This document shows positions 49,860 through 63,399 of a stretch of 64,000 bases of DNA, piece after piece (within the stretch, counting starts at the first letter, position 1; every line of letters begins with the position of its first letter). The notes below the pieces were generated by a model. It was not told the origin of the DNA. It made no database searches and saw only the letters and a program-made list of their open reading frames with translations. The translations under genes and the position numbers were made by a program. This stretch comes from Raillietiella orientalis (Eukaryota): assembly GCA_036172245.1 (NCBI GenBank), contig JAYWIR010000001.1, forward strand, positions 10,540,001-10,604,000, given 5' to 3'.

Positions 49860-50315
49860 AACTTCCTCATGCTCTCCGGAAGGAACTTGGAAAATATCCG
49901 TCCCTGGAATTTCTTCGGGAGGTATCCGTAAGGATAACCGCTTCTTGCTTATTCCTCTGAAGAGAACAGTGGAGGGACGCTCATCGAAGAAAACAGCGCG
50001 CTTCTGACTCTCTGGAAAGGCAACACTCCAACGGGGGTATCAACGAGCTTCATTGTACGGGTCCATCTTCTCTTCAAAGGATTCCTTGGTTCCTGGAAGG
50101 ACTCTGGAAGGTCAACTTCCAGTCTCGGCCACGCAACGGGAGTATCCAATTTCCGGCTTGCATGAGTACCGTACCTGAATATAGGACAGCCAGTGTCATC
50201 TTTCAAGGGAGGCTTTAAACCCCACGACACAACCCATTTCTCTGGCATCGATCCTTTCCTAGGTGGAATTTGAACCCTCAGCGTTCGCCATTACGCGCGG
50301 AGATAGCAGCCACCA
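49860..50315 (-). mobile_element. Diverged SINE-like repeat copy (neuroligin intron)
   Basis: TTCCTGGAAGGACTC..GGTCAACTTCC and CCCATTTCTCTGGCATCGATCC family blocks. Confidence 0.65.
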
Positions 50316-53300
50316 AAGCAGGCAGACCTTCCGCTGCCCAGGAAAAGCTACTGATGCCGAATGCGCTCTCGAGTCGTTGCTACGGCAGCCCTCCATCTGA
50401 ACCGCGCTGTAACGAAGGCGGTTCCTTTTTCTTTCTAAACATGGCACTGGAATGCCTCCCTCTTTCCGACTGCATTCTGGAGACTCCCTCCCCCGTCTTA
50501 GGAATTCTTCCCGTGCGTAGGAGGACTTGCACCTTTCGTAACTGGTTTTCCGTCAACAGATCTGATGACATCACATGGAGACCGAACAGCGATAGCGCAC
50601 GAACTCGCCCTCTTTTATCATTCCGGTTCCGAAAGCTGCAGTGATCAGACCGCACTTATCCCGAAAACTTCAGTGATCAGGCCGAACTCATGATGGCTCA
50701 GATGAGCCATCATGAGCTCTACAGGTGCCCTATACGTCGCTGCATAGCAGCCGTTATGCGTTCCGGAACTACTGCTAAGATTGCTTCCCGCACTCGTAGG
50801 TTTCCCATCAACCCTGGGAATATTCCACCTGACAGCGTCGGAGGGACATTAACGTCCACAGGTTTCGGCCCGAAAGCTCGTTCCCAGAGTGCACGCAAAC
50901 GTGCCCCCTCCCCCATCCGCCATTAACCATGGCGATGAGGGGGGATCCCTGTTCTTCCGGTGTTTACCGAACGAGTTGTCTCCCGATTCGTCCGAGCTCC
51001 GCAGGGAAGCGGAGGGTAGGTGTTCCCCCGTGTTTGTGGTTCGGCCAGCGGCCGGGCTCCAATTTTTTTTTTTTTTTTCCGGCTTGGAGCCAGGAAGTTC
51101 GACGCAGAAGGGTCGGGTGCTTCCGCCAGCGAAGGAGGACAGCCCGTGCTGCCATCTGCGTCGTCTCCGGGGAAGCATCCAGAGAGGGTCATTCGAAGCT
51201 CCGGGGGAACTGAAAGTGGCGGAGGTTTGCTGACGAACTGACGAGGTTCGGGACGAGGGTTCCCGAGGGAAGCACAGGTTTCCCCTCCGTCTCGCTCCAA
51301 AGCCTGCCTTCTCTCTCCAGGCTCCGGAATGGGGACCCATCCGCACTCCGCTATTCCGCCGGAGCGTAACGGGAACCACAGGTCCTGGGAACGCGGGGGA
51401 AGTCCGTGTTCCCGAGTTTGGCCTGTCGGAATCCGAGGAAGCGCGCCGGAAGTGCAGTCACCGCCGAATCCCACCTCGATCATGCAGGCGGACCTCCGAG
51501 AACGCGCGTGCAGCCACTAGGAGCGCACGGATGCATCCTCTACATTCCCCTCCGCCTGAGTCCCGGTCACGCTTTAGTTCACCAGAAAGCGCCCGAGGCA
51601 CCCGGAAAAGCCGAAGAAAATTCCAGTACAGACCGGAGATGGAGGAGGAGCCATCTCCTTTCCGGGCTGAATGCAGATCGTTCGGAGAAGAGGTGAGAAG
51701 AACTTCGACGAGACCTGGAGCAACGGCCACCGCCGCCGGCGACTGGCTGATTCTCGTTGGAATTCTCCTGGAAACAAACCAGAATGGCTGGGCAAAATAT
51801 CGAACGATCCAGAAGAATGCGGACGACGGAGTCGTTCCGGGAGAGCGATCGAGCCGTCGGGTGGGAGCAGCCAGCAGTCCTTCTGCTCTTTGATTCGACC
51901 GAGGGATGGGGGGAGGCAGCCGAAGTTCTCGAAAGTTCCTGCCGGGACTCGCGGGAAGGCGGTGTGGCTGGGTGATCACCCCTCAAAAGAGATCTGTGAA
52001 TGTCCCGTCCTACCGGGATCGCCGTATGCTCGAGTTCGAATGACGTCATCGATCGTCTGGATGCTGCACACAAAAAAACACACACACACACATCCCGCGC
52101 TCTGGACTGAGGCAAAGGAGCGAACCCTCGGGTGGACAGAAGAGGTTCCCGCTCTCTTCATCTAAAGAGCCTGTTTTCTTCGCAAGCACGTCGCGATCGG
52201 TCGGCTTTCGTGTGCCCTCAGGGAGTTGAGAATGCACCTTTCTCTTTAGGAGGCGGCATCGTCCTCTCTTCGTTCCGACATCCGGAAATGGTTCGGGGAC
52301 TGCATGTGGCGGTGGGCCGCGAGCGAGTCGGTCGCCTCACGGGACGAAAGCCCAACGTCCGGGAAGCCTTACCTGGAAGCAGCGAACAGGCTGTGGAGCA
52401 AATCTCCCCTCCTCCAGAGGGCTCTGCAGCAGTTGAGGCGATGCCTTCCGCCTTGCAAGAGTCAGCTTCCGACCGCCGGGAAAACTGACAGCGCCGAGGT
52501 GGTTCCACCCAGGGATGCGCGCCGCAGAGGCCGTCGGAGCCCCTCCCCTCCCCCCCCCGGAACTTTCCAAATCTCCAAGGTCTGATAGCGGCAAACTTTG
52601 CCTCCTCCGAGAAGAACCCAGAACGAAGCGTGGAGCTCCGGCTCGAAAACTCCCGCGGATGAATGATGTCTCGGCATTCATGGTCTCCGAGGGGCTGCTT
52701 GCCCTTTGAGGAAACTCGGCATTCCTTTCTCTCCCTCCCCCTCCCTCCACTTCTGCTCGAGCAGCTTGCAAGATGGACGGAGGCCTGGTAACAGAGCGGA
52801 ACCTTCTCCCGAAGCGAGACGCGCGCCTCCTGTAAACCGTGAAATTTCTTTTCCCGAGAGCTCCTCCTAACATCTCGTCCGTAGGCCACACTTCTCCCTC
52901 GATCCAGCGAGGGAGCTAAGAAACTTTCTGCCTCCTGAAGTGGATGCTGCTCTTGGACCCGCCAACCGAAATTAATTAGCAGCCGTTGCCTGAGTCCGTA
53001 ACACAAATAGAAGGCATCGCGATCCCGGAAAAAGATGTATCCTCGGGAGCGGTACGCATGTTCCTCGATCTTAAGCATCTGGTCCATTGGACGGTGGGGA
53101 GCATGGTTATCGATTCTACGTGAGTTCTCTCGCCATCCACTTCTTGTGGATATTGATGTCGCTGCGAGCAGGCGCGTCGAGGAGACGCTTCTGATGGACA
53201 GCCGTCGTCTGAGTGCATCTTTATGTGAGGCTTCGCTCTTCCCTCCCACTTCCTCTTCTGCAGCCATATCCGCTTGGTTGGCACAGGGACGCGATCCGGT

Positions 53301-56023
53301 TGCCTCTGGCACCGAAGCGGGCATAACCATCAGCAAGGCAACTGAGAGTTTAATGGTGTGTTGGGTGTCTGCTGAGATGGATCTTTAGGAGCTCGCGAAA
53401 AGGCTGCACCCTCGTTCCCTTAAGCAGGGTGCGCAAAGCAATGCTGTCCGGAATGAGCGAAGTGGACGCAATTCTCTCTTTCGGCTGTTGAGGAGCAGTG
53501 AAGAAGCGAAACCAGACGGAAGGTGTCTGCCGGCGCTGCCAGCATCCCAAGTGTTCTACGGACGCGGATGTGAGAACCGAAGTACCCGGAAGTCATGTCG
53601 ACGGGGAATCGGGCGTTCCTCGAATGAGCTGAAGGTCACTTGCGTCGCTGTGAAAGCCACCTCCGAAGAGCGTAGTCTAGGGAGTCTGGGGAGATCTGGA
53701 GGAAAAGAGCATGCCTTTCAAAAGAGGAGTCGCGCCCCGGTTCAGGCACGCGCAGGACTACCGACGTCTTCCCTGCGCCACTCTTGGGACACGGACGTGT
53801 CCAGGAGCAGGGAGCTGCAATCACTCGCCGCCCTCGTCATTGCTTCCGGCTCCGCTGGTGGGTCGAGCCCTCTGCCCCGCGGAGGAGGCGCCCGCTCGTC
53901 GCAGCCTGGCAAGAGGGTGCGGGGTGTCTGGAGCCGACTCCGCTGGTGCATGAGAGGCGGAAACTCTCCAGCGGGAGCTCCAGGGCGGAGGATCGTTCCG
54001 CGGAGGGGTCGGTCAAAGCAAGCAAGCAAAAAAAAAAAGAAGTGGAAGGGGAGAGGGGGGATACCTTTCGCGACCAGGGAAACACGTACGGACGTAGAGG
54101 GAGGAAGCCGGCAGCATCCACGAGCCGAGTTAATCTCCTCCCTAACGACGAGATTTGTGCCTGGATCGCGAGATAAATGATGGAGCCTTCGCGAAAAAAT
54201 CGCTTCCGTCAAGTCACGCTGCGCCGCCATGTAAATAAAACCGTCCTCATTACATAAAAAAAAAACCTGGAATTGTAATTGAAATCCTAATTGAATTTTT
54301 CCTGCCATCATTCATCTTGATGCCGCAAGTTCCACGCTCCTCCGGGCTGGAGGATTCCCGGATCGGTCCTTTTTTCCCCTCCCTCTCTCTCTCTCCCTCT
54401 CTCTGGATCCCTCGTGCTCGAACCTTCTCCAGGAGGGAAGAGAAAAGGAGGAGAGGGGAGCAAGACGGAGGGCGCGAACGCGCGCGCCGGTCATCCCCTT
54501 CCCCAGCGATGAATTAGCGAGGAGTTTGTTGATTAGCGCTGATGAGCGGGAGAAAAAACGGGATGGACCGCTCGCCCGGCACGCGGAGTGGAGAGCGGCG
54601 GCGTCCCAGGGAAAGAGGCCGCATCGATCGGTCTTCCTATTCTGAGGACGGCGCGAGCCCTATCCCTCAGGGGACACTGAGGGAGGTGGCTGTCTGGACG
54701 CGGAACGAGCGAGCACTCGCGGAGCCGCCGTATCGTGGAGGTGCCTGGGATGGTTCTCCGATACGGAGGGAGGAAGGACGCTCGGATCAGCTTTGCGGAG
54801 CGCCCTCAAGCGAGGCGCTTGAGTAGGGAGAGGGGAGGAAGAAGGAATGGAAAGGAACAAAGAAAGGAAGGGTGGGTTCTCCATTCCGGGTGGGTGGCAG
54901 CCCCCCCCGAAATCAAGGAAGCCTTCCCCTTCCTCTCTTCGAGGCTCCCACGGAGGGCGTGCCTTCTGCTGCCGCCCAGAGGACCCTCGACCCCAGCGCC
55001 GTATCCCTTGTGGAGAGCACAGAAAGGCAGGACACGCCGCGATCTGTTCGGAGCGCGCTCTCGGGATCGAGGAAAGGAAGGGGAGGGGAACCGAGAAAAT
55101 TTCCGAGATCCTCGTGGTCGTGACTCGACCGCAATCCCTTCCCTTCCTGTTGAGAGATCGTTGAGCTAGTCCGGCCGCTCCCGAAGGAAACCTCTGGAAG
55201 AGCAAACAGCCTGCAACCGCCCTCCGAAACGCAAATGATCTTTCCCGTCTCTTGGCTGAGGCAGGAGACTCGAACGGGAGCACGGGGGCGTCGACCTCAC
55301 TGACCTTCCAAAGGTTCGTCCGCCTCTGACCTCACCAGCGCCAATGCGAGCCTCGGAAGAGCGGAAGAAAGCAAAAGCATCGAAAGTGCCGGGGTGGGTG
55401 GGGGGGAGAAGGGGGGAAGAGAGCGATCCAGCAAGCTTGGCAGCAAAGGGCCAACAGAGGAGGTGCGGGAGCGCAGGGAGAGGAGGGAAGCACCAGGTTT
55501 CCAGTAAGGTGCCAGTTGCCACCCAGGGTGTCTCCAAGAGAACCTCGCAGCTTCGTCGGAGGGAGCCCTCCGGGGAGTCGCTAGGGATATTTTAAAGTGC
55601 TTTTCCCTCCTCGGCAGGCGGCAGAGGTCCGGAAAAACGTAGGCCGCGCCGTCCTAGGCGATCTTCACTCTAGAATTCAGTATCACTGTTCCAAGATTAA
55701 ACGTTCTGCTGCACTCCTCCGCTGGCCGTTATCGCCGTAGTCGCCTCTAATGCGTCCCTCATACGACTGCTTCTCTACCATCGGCGCATCTCTCTTCCCT
55801 TCTCCTCTCAGAATGCTTTCCTCTTCTCTTCCAATTTCTCTTGATCCTCAGCCTCATCGCCCTAACCTTGACTTTCACCCTCCTCCTCACTGTGCTCGTC
55901 TTCGTCTTCATAGTCCTCTCCCTTGTTCTCCGTCTCCCCTATCGTCTCCTCCTCACCCTCGTGGTTCACCCGTCGTTCCTCCTGATCTTCACGTTCTCTA
56001 AGTAATCCGCTTTCTGCTTGCAG

Positions 56024-56179
56024 GCATCCTGGAGTCTCCGGATTCGCCCTTCCCGGTGCTGGTCTACATTCATGGCGAATCCTACGAGTGGGGATCGGGA
56101 AACGCCTACGACGGTTCGGTCCTCGCCAGCTTCGGGAGGGTGCTCGTGATCACCATCAACTTCCGCCTCGGAATCCTGG
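56024..56179 (+). CDS. Nlg: Neuroligin coding exon 2
   Basis: Acceptor TTTCTGCTTGCAG ends at 56023. The exon encodes (G)[51 protein letters not shown](G); HGESY and YDGSVLAS are typical of neuroligins. Donor GTAAG at 56180. Phase 1/1 matches the flanking exons. Confidence 0.95.
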
Positions 56180-56979
56180 GTAAGAAGAGTATTGGCAGGG
56201 AGGGATTTGCTGACCTCAGAGGCTCCTGGAAGGCAGGGAGGGCGCTACCGTCCGCCGCTTTGCTTCTCAGGAAGCAACAATGGCTGCCTCCCTCCGTTGA
56301 CTGCGCGTTCAGAAGACGCCCCAAGGGGTCTTTCCTATTCTCGTCTCTGACCTCAGCATCGAACCACCCCTCTCGTCTAATTTGTTCTTCTCCGCCACTT
56401 CGTCTCCCCCTCCCTTTTCTTCCCCTCCCGTTTGCGGCTCTTCTTTCCCCTGAAGGTGTTTCGAAGAACGGTAGAGGTGGAAAGTAGGTGGCCATGGGAT
56501 CATGGCGATGCGACGACCATGATGACCACGATGACGGGGGGAAGAAAAAACTGACTTCCTCTTGTCCAGTTACTTTCCTCCTCCCACCGGGACTCTTCTC
56601 TTTCCTAGGGAGACGAGTAGGGGGAGTAGTGTTGACATGGAAACCGACTTCTTGGTCGCGAAGGGAAGGAGGTGAAAGAGGGATGGAAGGAAAGCCGTCT
56701 TTGCAGCACGATCGGCTTGCCGACGGGTCTGGTTCCTTCGGGAAGGCTCCACTCATTCCTCTTCCTCCTCCGCCTTCCTCTTGCTTCCTTCTCCCTTCCT
56801 CCTCCTCAGCGTCTTCCGAGCAGCGCCCGCGGGGCGCGCCTCTTGGAGGGATCCACGTGGCTGCCGGATCGGAGGCTGCCTCGGGATTTTTCCCCCACGT
56901 GCGAGTTCTCCGTCGCCGGGTTGCCCAGGAAAACACTCAGAGGAGGCAGTGCGATGCCAGAAGATGTCACTTCATCCCA

Positions 56980-57760
56980 CCTCCCGGTGAGCCACGTGGC
57001 CGGAAGGAGAATTTTGGGCACGTCTACCGGGGTCGCGAAGCACAACCACGTCGACCTGACCGAGGGAAGTTCAAGGAGCTCCACCACGACCACCTTCACC
57101 TAGTGGCGACCCACATTCAGGAGCTCAGCCAGGAATGATGGAGCTGTAAGAGCGACAACGGCGTTAGCGCTTAACGAACTGGAAACGGCGATGCTGTGCG
57201 AGGAGCCGGACAGCATATGGATGCAAACGAAGGCGACAGCACTGTGGAGAGTTCTCTAAAGAGACCACGGTCAAGTCCCGCAGGGCACGACGAACAAGTC
57301 CCTGGAGCCGATAGCAGGCGAAGAGAGGATGTTCAAGAACGTCGTCTTCCAGAGCTCGCTTCGAGACTGACGCGAGGCAGCGACCTTTGTCCCCGGCTTG
57401 AGAGACAGGAAAGAAGGTCGCTGGCAGCAGTGGACCAAGAAACTCACAGCTATCCAAGGGATAGGACGAAGACAAAGGACCTGGCCAAGAACCCTCTTCA
57501 GGAGGCTCATTGGCAACGCCCGGGTACTGCCGGGGCGCTCCAGCGAGCGTCGAGTGAATGGGAGTTTCCGGGATCAGGAGTCTTGGAAACTCCTGACCCA
57601 CTCTCCCCCCTTCCGATTCCTCTGTTCGGGTTCAGATGCGCCTTCGATCCTTTCGCTGGGCACAAGAGGTTCGGACACTCTTTCGAGGCATGCCCACGGG
57701 CGGCGACGATCCTTCGTGTCCGGATCACACGCGCCTGACCACCCAGGGAGACCCGCCTTG
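56980..57760 (+). mobile_element. Possible LINE RT relic in neuroligin intron
   Basis: HVAGRRI followed in another frame by DRGKFKELHHDHLHLV resembles the RT motifs FVxGRxI and DxxKAFDxVxHxYL. Confidence 0.3.
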
Positions 57761-57945
57761 CCCGAGGAATACTGACCCGCTGGCGTGGACGGGAGCTTCC
57801 GGGCGGGAGGTAAACAGTTGCCAGAAAGAGGGTGAAACACGACCGACATGCTGCGGACCACGCCCGAACGCTTTCACCGAACTTCGGCTTGACGGCTCGA
57901 CCGCCGCGCGGCAGCACGATGGCTCTACTTTCCCCCTTTGTTTAG

Positions 57946-58134
57946 GGTTCCTCCGAACGGGAGCTAAAAACAGCCAGATGGGCAACTTCGGTCTTTTGGA
58001 CCAGATAGCGGCTTTGCACTGGATACGGGAGAATATCGAATATTTTGATGGAGATCGCCAGAGGGTCACCATACTGGGTCACGGTCACGGAGCCAGCCTT
58101 GTGAACTTGCTACTAGCATCTCCGGTAACCAAAG
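57946..58134 (+). CDS. Nlg: Neuroligin coding exon 3 (gene continues beyond the window)
   Basis: Acceptor CTTTGTTTAG ends at 57945. The exon encodes (G)FLRTGAKNSQMGNFGLLDQIAALHWIRENIEYFDGDRQRVTILGHGHGASLVNLLLASPVTK; GHGHG replaces the esterase GxSxG. Donor GTAGGA at 58135. Confidence 0.95.
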
Positions 58135-60579
58135 GTAGGAGTCCACTTTCTTCAGCTCTTTCGCCGCTACAAAACAGCTGTCAATGGTCTTCTTTCAAAA
58201 AAAAAAAATTGTCCTTCAGCATTACCTCCGCTCCCACGGCACTGCTTGAATGAAATGCCCCCACGCGTTGCTACTGTGTCTGGAAGAAGAAGCTCTAGAG
58301 AGCTCAGAGACCAATTGTAACCACGAAAACAAAGACATGCAGCGCGGCACGGCAGGCAAGGGCAGTCCTGACCGAGAGAGGAGGGTGGAAATTACCAGAG
58401 GCTGCTCGCCGCCCGGATCAACGGCCGCGGCGCGTTCCCCGCTGCGCACACCTTGAGGCGAGCCTAAGGTTGGGCGAGTGGCTCCTGGAAGTGCATCCTG
58501 GCGTCAGCGCTGCTGGACCGGGCTTGCTCGCTTCCCCTGCGATCCGCCTGCTCTCTGCGAAGGCCGTGCGGACTCCCTGCCGCCATCCGGAGACAAACAA
58601 ACCCGCCGTCTCCCGTGTACCGCTTTCCCTTTTTGAACCGAGGCCTTCGAGCTCGCACGTTGGGAAGGGCGGTAGGGAGAGGAAGGGGGGGAAGAATCGA
58701 GCATCTTCCCCGTCGTTGGGTCGGCGGCAGCGCGCCGCCCATTCGTCCCAGATCGCTTCTCCCCAAAGGGGAGGAAAGGGACTGGGAAAGGAAGGAATGT
58801 GAGGTCACGGCAGGAACCCCGCACCGCACCGCACCCCCGAATCGCGACGCCGCCCGGTGGCAACGGGGGGAGAACCAGAAGTGAGCTCCCGCTCTCCGTC
58901 TTTCGATCCGGGCAGAGGAGCTCTCCCGTCACCCGTGGGAAGACGAAAAGTCCACCCCTCCTGAGTCACGTTTTTCGCGTTCGAATCACTTTGGAACTTC
59001 AGGAAGAAGAAAAAAAAGGTGGAGGGGGGGGGGGAGAGGAAGGCGTTTTACTGCGTTGCAGATTGGGTTGCCACCTCTGGGGATTTCCTCTTCCTCCTCC
59101 TGGAGAAGTTTGCGCTCCCGTGCGTGCGGACCGATGATTGGGAGAGATCCATTGGCAGCGTCCAGCTGGTCGCCGCAGTCTGCATCCTCAGTGCACGGAG
59201 CAGATTAGGGGGGAGTCGCCCCGCTGGTCAGCGAGGGGAGTTCGACGGGGAGGGGGAGAGGTGGAGTCTCGGAGCCGCGGAACTTCCGCAGCACGCAGCT
59301 AACCCAGAGATAAAGTAGGGCTGTGTCACACCACCAGCAGAAGAAAACTGCTCTGCCTTTGTGTGGTCACTCCGGGGAGTTTTTCCACCAGTTCCCCCTT
59401 CTCCCCCTCCCCAGGGAAGACGAAGAGTCCCGGAGGGAGGGAGGAGGGAAGGAATAAAAAAAAAAGGGGGTTGCCTTTCTCTTTTCCCTGTCATCGTGGC
59501 CATCATCGTCGTCGCATCGCCATGATCCCATGACCACCTACTCTCCTCCTCTGCCGCTCTTCGAGACACTTTTTGGAGAAAGCGAAACAAAAAAGCAGGG
59601 AAACTCGCTCGCTGCTGGAGGAAGAGCTGCCGCTTGAATTCTGCACGAGGGGGTGAGTGGGTGCTATCCGGTGAGCAGTTGGTTTGCAGGAACAGAGCCG
59701 TAAATAGGCAATAAATAACGGACGAGGGAGCGGCCACCCTCCCACACTGGTTTGAAGTCATCTGGGACCATCTTCCCTCTTCACCTCGGCCTGCCTCGCA
59801 TCTTCCCTCCTTATTCTCTCCCCCCTCCCTCTTTTCTTCTTCTCCAAGGTTATGTCCTCTCGCCGCCACTGGGAGTTCTCTTGCCTTAAGGCGAGCTGCA
59901 TCGTCGCTGCCGGTGTCACCAGAGGCCCCACCTTGGGCGGAGAAGCGTTCCGCAAGGCACGTGGGCCGTGGACTGCCCCAGTGCCTGGGAAATTCCTCCG
60001 TGGGCCTCCACCCCGAACACCGTGCTTCGGTAGGGTGTGTGGAGCGAATCTGTCCGTTGGGCACCTCTCGCGCACCGCGGGGGGACTCCACCTTTCGTCA
60101 GTCACGTGACGATGGCTTCCGCTCCGTTTCGCATGAGCTACTGATTCAGGCGGCCGGAACCGTCCAGACAAGGGGAAGGAATCGGTACGCGCATCCTCTC
60201 GAGGCTGCAGCCGGAATGTCCTAGAGACCTCAGAGAGATCGGGGTCTCGGGCCAGCTAGGCAATTGTCCCGTCCGCCGAGGAGTCTGCTGACCGTGCCGG
60301 GTGACGTCTCCCATTGCTCGAAGACCCGGAGCCGAAAGCAACCATGCCAGGAGTCCTCTGCTCTCCACTCGGACCGCATCTGATCGGATGCCACGCATCT
60401 GACGCAAATGCCAAGATGAGGACGGCAGTGGATCGAATTATAGCTGATCTACGAGGAGGACGCAGTCGACCTGTTGGGATCCTTCGGTCTTCTGGACCAG
60501 CTCGGAGGACGCCTCGGGGGGCTTCGGCCTTGCTCTCCCCTCCTTTTCCTCTCCCTTTTCCTCGTCGTCCCCTCCTGCT

Positions 60580-60800
60580 TTCGCTTTCTCTGCTTTCCCT
60601 TTAGCTTTCCTTTTTTTTTTTTTTTGGCTGGATGACCGTCCCTCTTTGGGAGGAGGAGGGAAGGAGAGGGGGGCTTAGGAAACTCTTTAAACACTGCTTG
60701 AGCCATTAGAGGGTGTGTATGATTTTATCTGGAATGTAACCCCGGAGGGGACGCCCTATGAATCGAGGGCAGGTCCGGAGGAAGGTTCGTTCTCCTCCAC
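60580..60800 (-). mobile_element. SINE-like repeat, 3' fragment
   Basis: T-tract plus GAAACTCTTTAAACACTGC..GAGGGTGTGT..CCCTATGAATC, shared with 63470-63640. Confidence 0.55.
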
Positions 60801-63399
60801 TCCCTCAATTCTTCCTTGCTTTTTTGTTGCCATGCTCTTACTCCTCCTCTTCCTTTCCTCTTCTACTCCCCTGCCTCTCTTCCCCCTCCTTTATCTTGTG
60901 CTCTTTCGACCATGATAATGGGGTCTGTGACCTTGGAAACGGTCCACTGTCACCCCCAAGACTTGGGGTCTCAGTCTGCTTGACCCCTCGCGCTCCACAT
61001 CAGAAGACGACTCGACAGACCTGAGGGGAATCCTTGGCGCAGTACCTCGTGACGAGATGAGTCCTGATGAGCAAGGGCTGGCTCTGGAGGTCGGTGAAGA
61101 GAGACAGAAGAGGAAGAGAAAGGAAGAAGGTCAAGCAAGGTGTCCGGAGGAATTAGCCATCGACCTATCCTGCAGGATGCAAATCCGAGGCATCTGAGGG
61201 GACGGAAGAGGTCGCGCGAGATCCATTAAGGATGCGAATGTTGATGATTTCGGGTCCATGGAACTCTTCTGCTATCCGAATCGTTGCCACGGTAGTGTAG
61301 ACGTGGCAACTGAGAGCTGCAGACTGTAGACTGGAAATCTTCGATGTGGCTCTACCTTCTTCTCGCTGGTCACCACTGCGAGGACGCGCTTCTGCTTGCC
61401 TGAGGCTGCTGTTCCTTCTGGGCTCTCTTTGTGGAACAGGTGGTGCATTATCTTTCGGAGTCTGGGCAAAAAGTTCTGCCAAGTTTACGGAAACTCTCCG
61501 AAAAAATAAACAAAGTGAAGCAAAACAAGCGACCTCTGTAGGTCAGAAACCGCCTTGCTCTAAGCCTGGGGAGATGCGTGAGTTCATGACCTGCTAGGAG
61601 CTAGAGGATTTAGAGCAATCAAGGAAGGTTTTTGGCCTTAGAGATTGAAGATGAGGATGGACTTTAGCATGAGTTGGAGATGGTGGTGCAGGGGCTGTTT
61701 GAAATGGCAGTGGCACTGTTGAGGGTGGGTCACGTGACATTGAGGAAAGCCAGAAAACGAGAGGGGATCTCATTGGTCCTCGCCGTCAGCTTCCCGGAGC
61801 CCAGATGTGTTTAGCGCTCCTCGATGTGGATAGGGGAGGATGGATAAGGGGAGAAGAAGTGCAGCTGCCACCGATTTTCCGTCATCCGTGCAGAGAGGAC
61901 CGTATGAGACTTCCCTCCGCCCTCGGAAAGACAGTCATTCGGCACCTCTAGAGGGAGCTGCTGCGGAGGGATGCGCGGTCAGAGCAGCAGCAGCTTCCCA
62001 CTCCCTCCCAGGCAAGATGTTCTCTGTTCTTGGGCGCGGAGCGCGCGGCCGAACTGGGAGGTTTCCCGCTCCCGGTTTCCTGGAGACGCGAGTGGGAAGA
62101 AGCAGCTGCACGGCACTGGCGACCCGACTCGCCCCTTCGTGGCTGGACCGGGCAGGCCTCATCTCTTGAACGCCCCAAGTCACAACAGGGAGGGATCCCG
62201 GGAATTTCAGGCCAGTCCCCGACAACATTTCCCGCTCACAACTCCTTCCCCAGAAGAAGCTGCTTGCTTCTTGGGGAGTGTGCAGTGGGACGCGCGCGCC
62301 CACGGAAGGGGCAAGTGCCCTGACTGCCGTGATCAACCTGACCTGGGTCTTCCCGTCCCCTTCAGACTGGTTGCTAGCCTCTTCCGCCTCCTCCCTTTCT
62401 TTTCGTCCTCTTCCCTTCCTCCTTCTCTTCCTCCCTCCTCCTTTCCTGAATCTTCCTTCTCCCTTCCTCCTTATGCCGTAAGCACGCTGTTTGAACGATG
62501 ACGTTCGGCGGCGGCCAACAGCGTGCCCTTGGCGAGTGTGCGGTGTGGCCTGGAGGGCGGGAAAAGTGCCCAGAACGGAAAAGGGGGACGATGCAGGCGC
62601 GTCTTCCGACAGGGTGGGAAGGCATGCTCTTCCTTTCGTATCTCTGGGAACTCTTCTTTCGACCGTCAGGAGATCGGTCCTCTTCTCTGCCACCTTGTCC
62701 CACGGGAATGGCAGTGAAGATATGAAGGCATCAGAGGTACATGTGCGGAGATAGGTAGAACGGTACACACGCGTGAAAGAGGATGAATGGGAAGTGGTAG
62801 CGGGAGGATACGTCGGCTGCGAACATCGTGCAACACTGGTGGCTTCCTGGTGGCAAGTGGACAGCAGATCTGTAGCTTCGCAGGAGAAGCTACCTAGGAT
62901 CTCTTGTTCCTTTGTCCGTGGAGATTCCAGAGGAATTCCCAGCTGCTTCACTGAGACCCATTTTACGTTATTAATAGCTTTGCTCTCCTCCTCGGAGTGG
63001 CGCCTCTGATTTCCGTCGGCTCTTTCTTTAGCATTCTTTAAAGCCTGAGTTTGCAGGTGCCTTTCCCTGTCGTCACCATGCCCTTCGTCTTCACCTCCTG
63101 CGATAAGTCCAAACTCGCTACTCGAGTATCGTGCCAGAGAGAATTGGAAGACCCGCAAGTCGGGAAGCGCTCCCAGCGCAGAATCGTCTCTCTGCTTTGA
63201 TCGCTGCTGAGGAATCGCGGATGCGCGTTCTTGCGCCGCTCATTTCCTTCCGGGCATGGGGATGGCTACCTGGTCCGCCCGCTGACTTTGGAATGTCGAG
63301 GGGTGAGAGGCTCATGGCTCGCGGACAATGAGAGCGAAAACCGGGGACCACGGACTGTGGCAGCAGCAAATCGTAGATCAAGTTCCAAATTTCACAACC

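Noticed and set aside
52218-53336. 372-aa minus-strand ORF in the neuroligin intron
   Set aside because: Some protein-like stretches but no identifiable motif. It may be a TE relic but is not supportable as a gene.
61935-63158. 407-aa minus-strand ORF
   Set aside because: Largely translates purine/pyrimidine low-complexity tracts. Only a short part might be TE-derived, and no family could be assigned.
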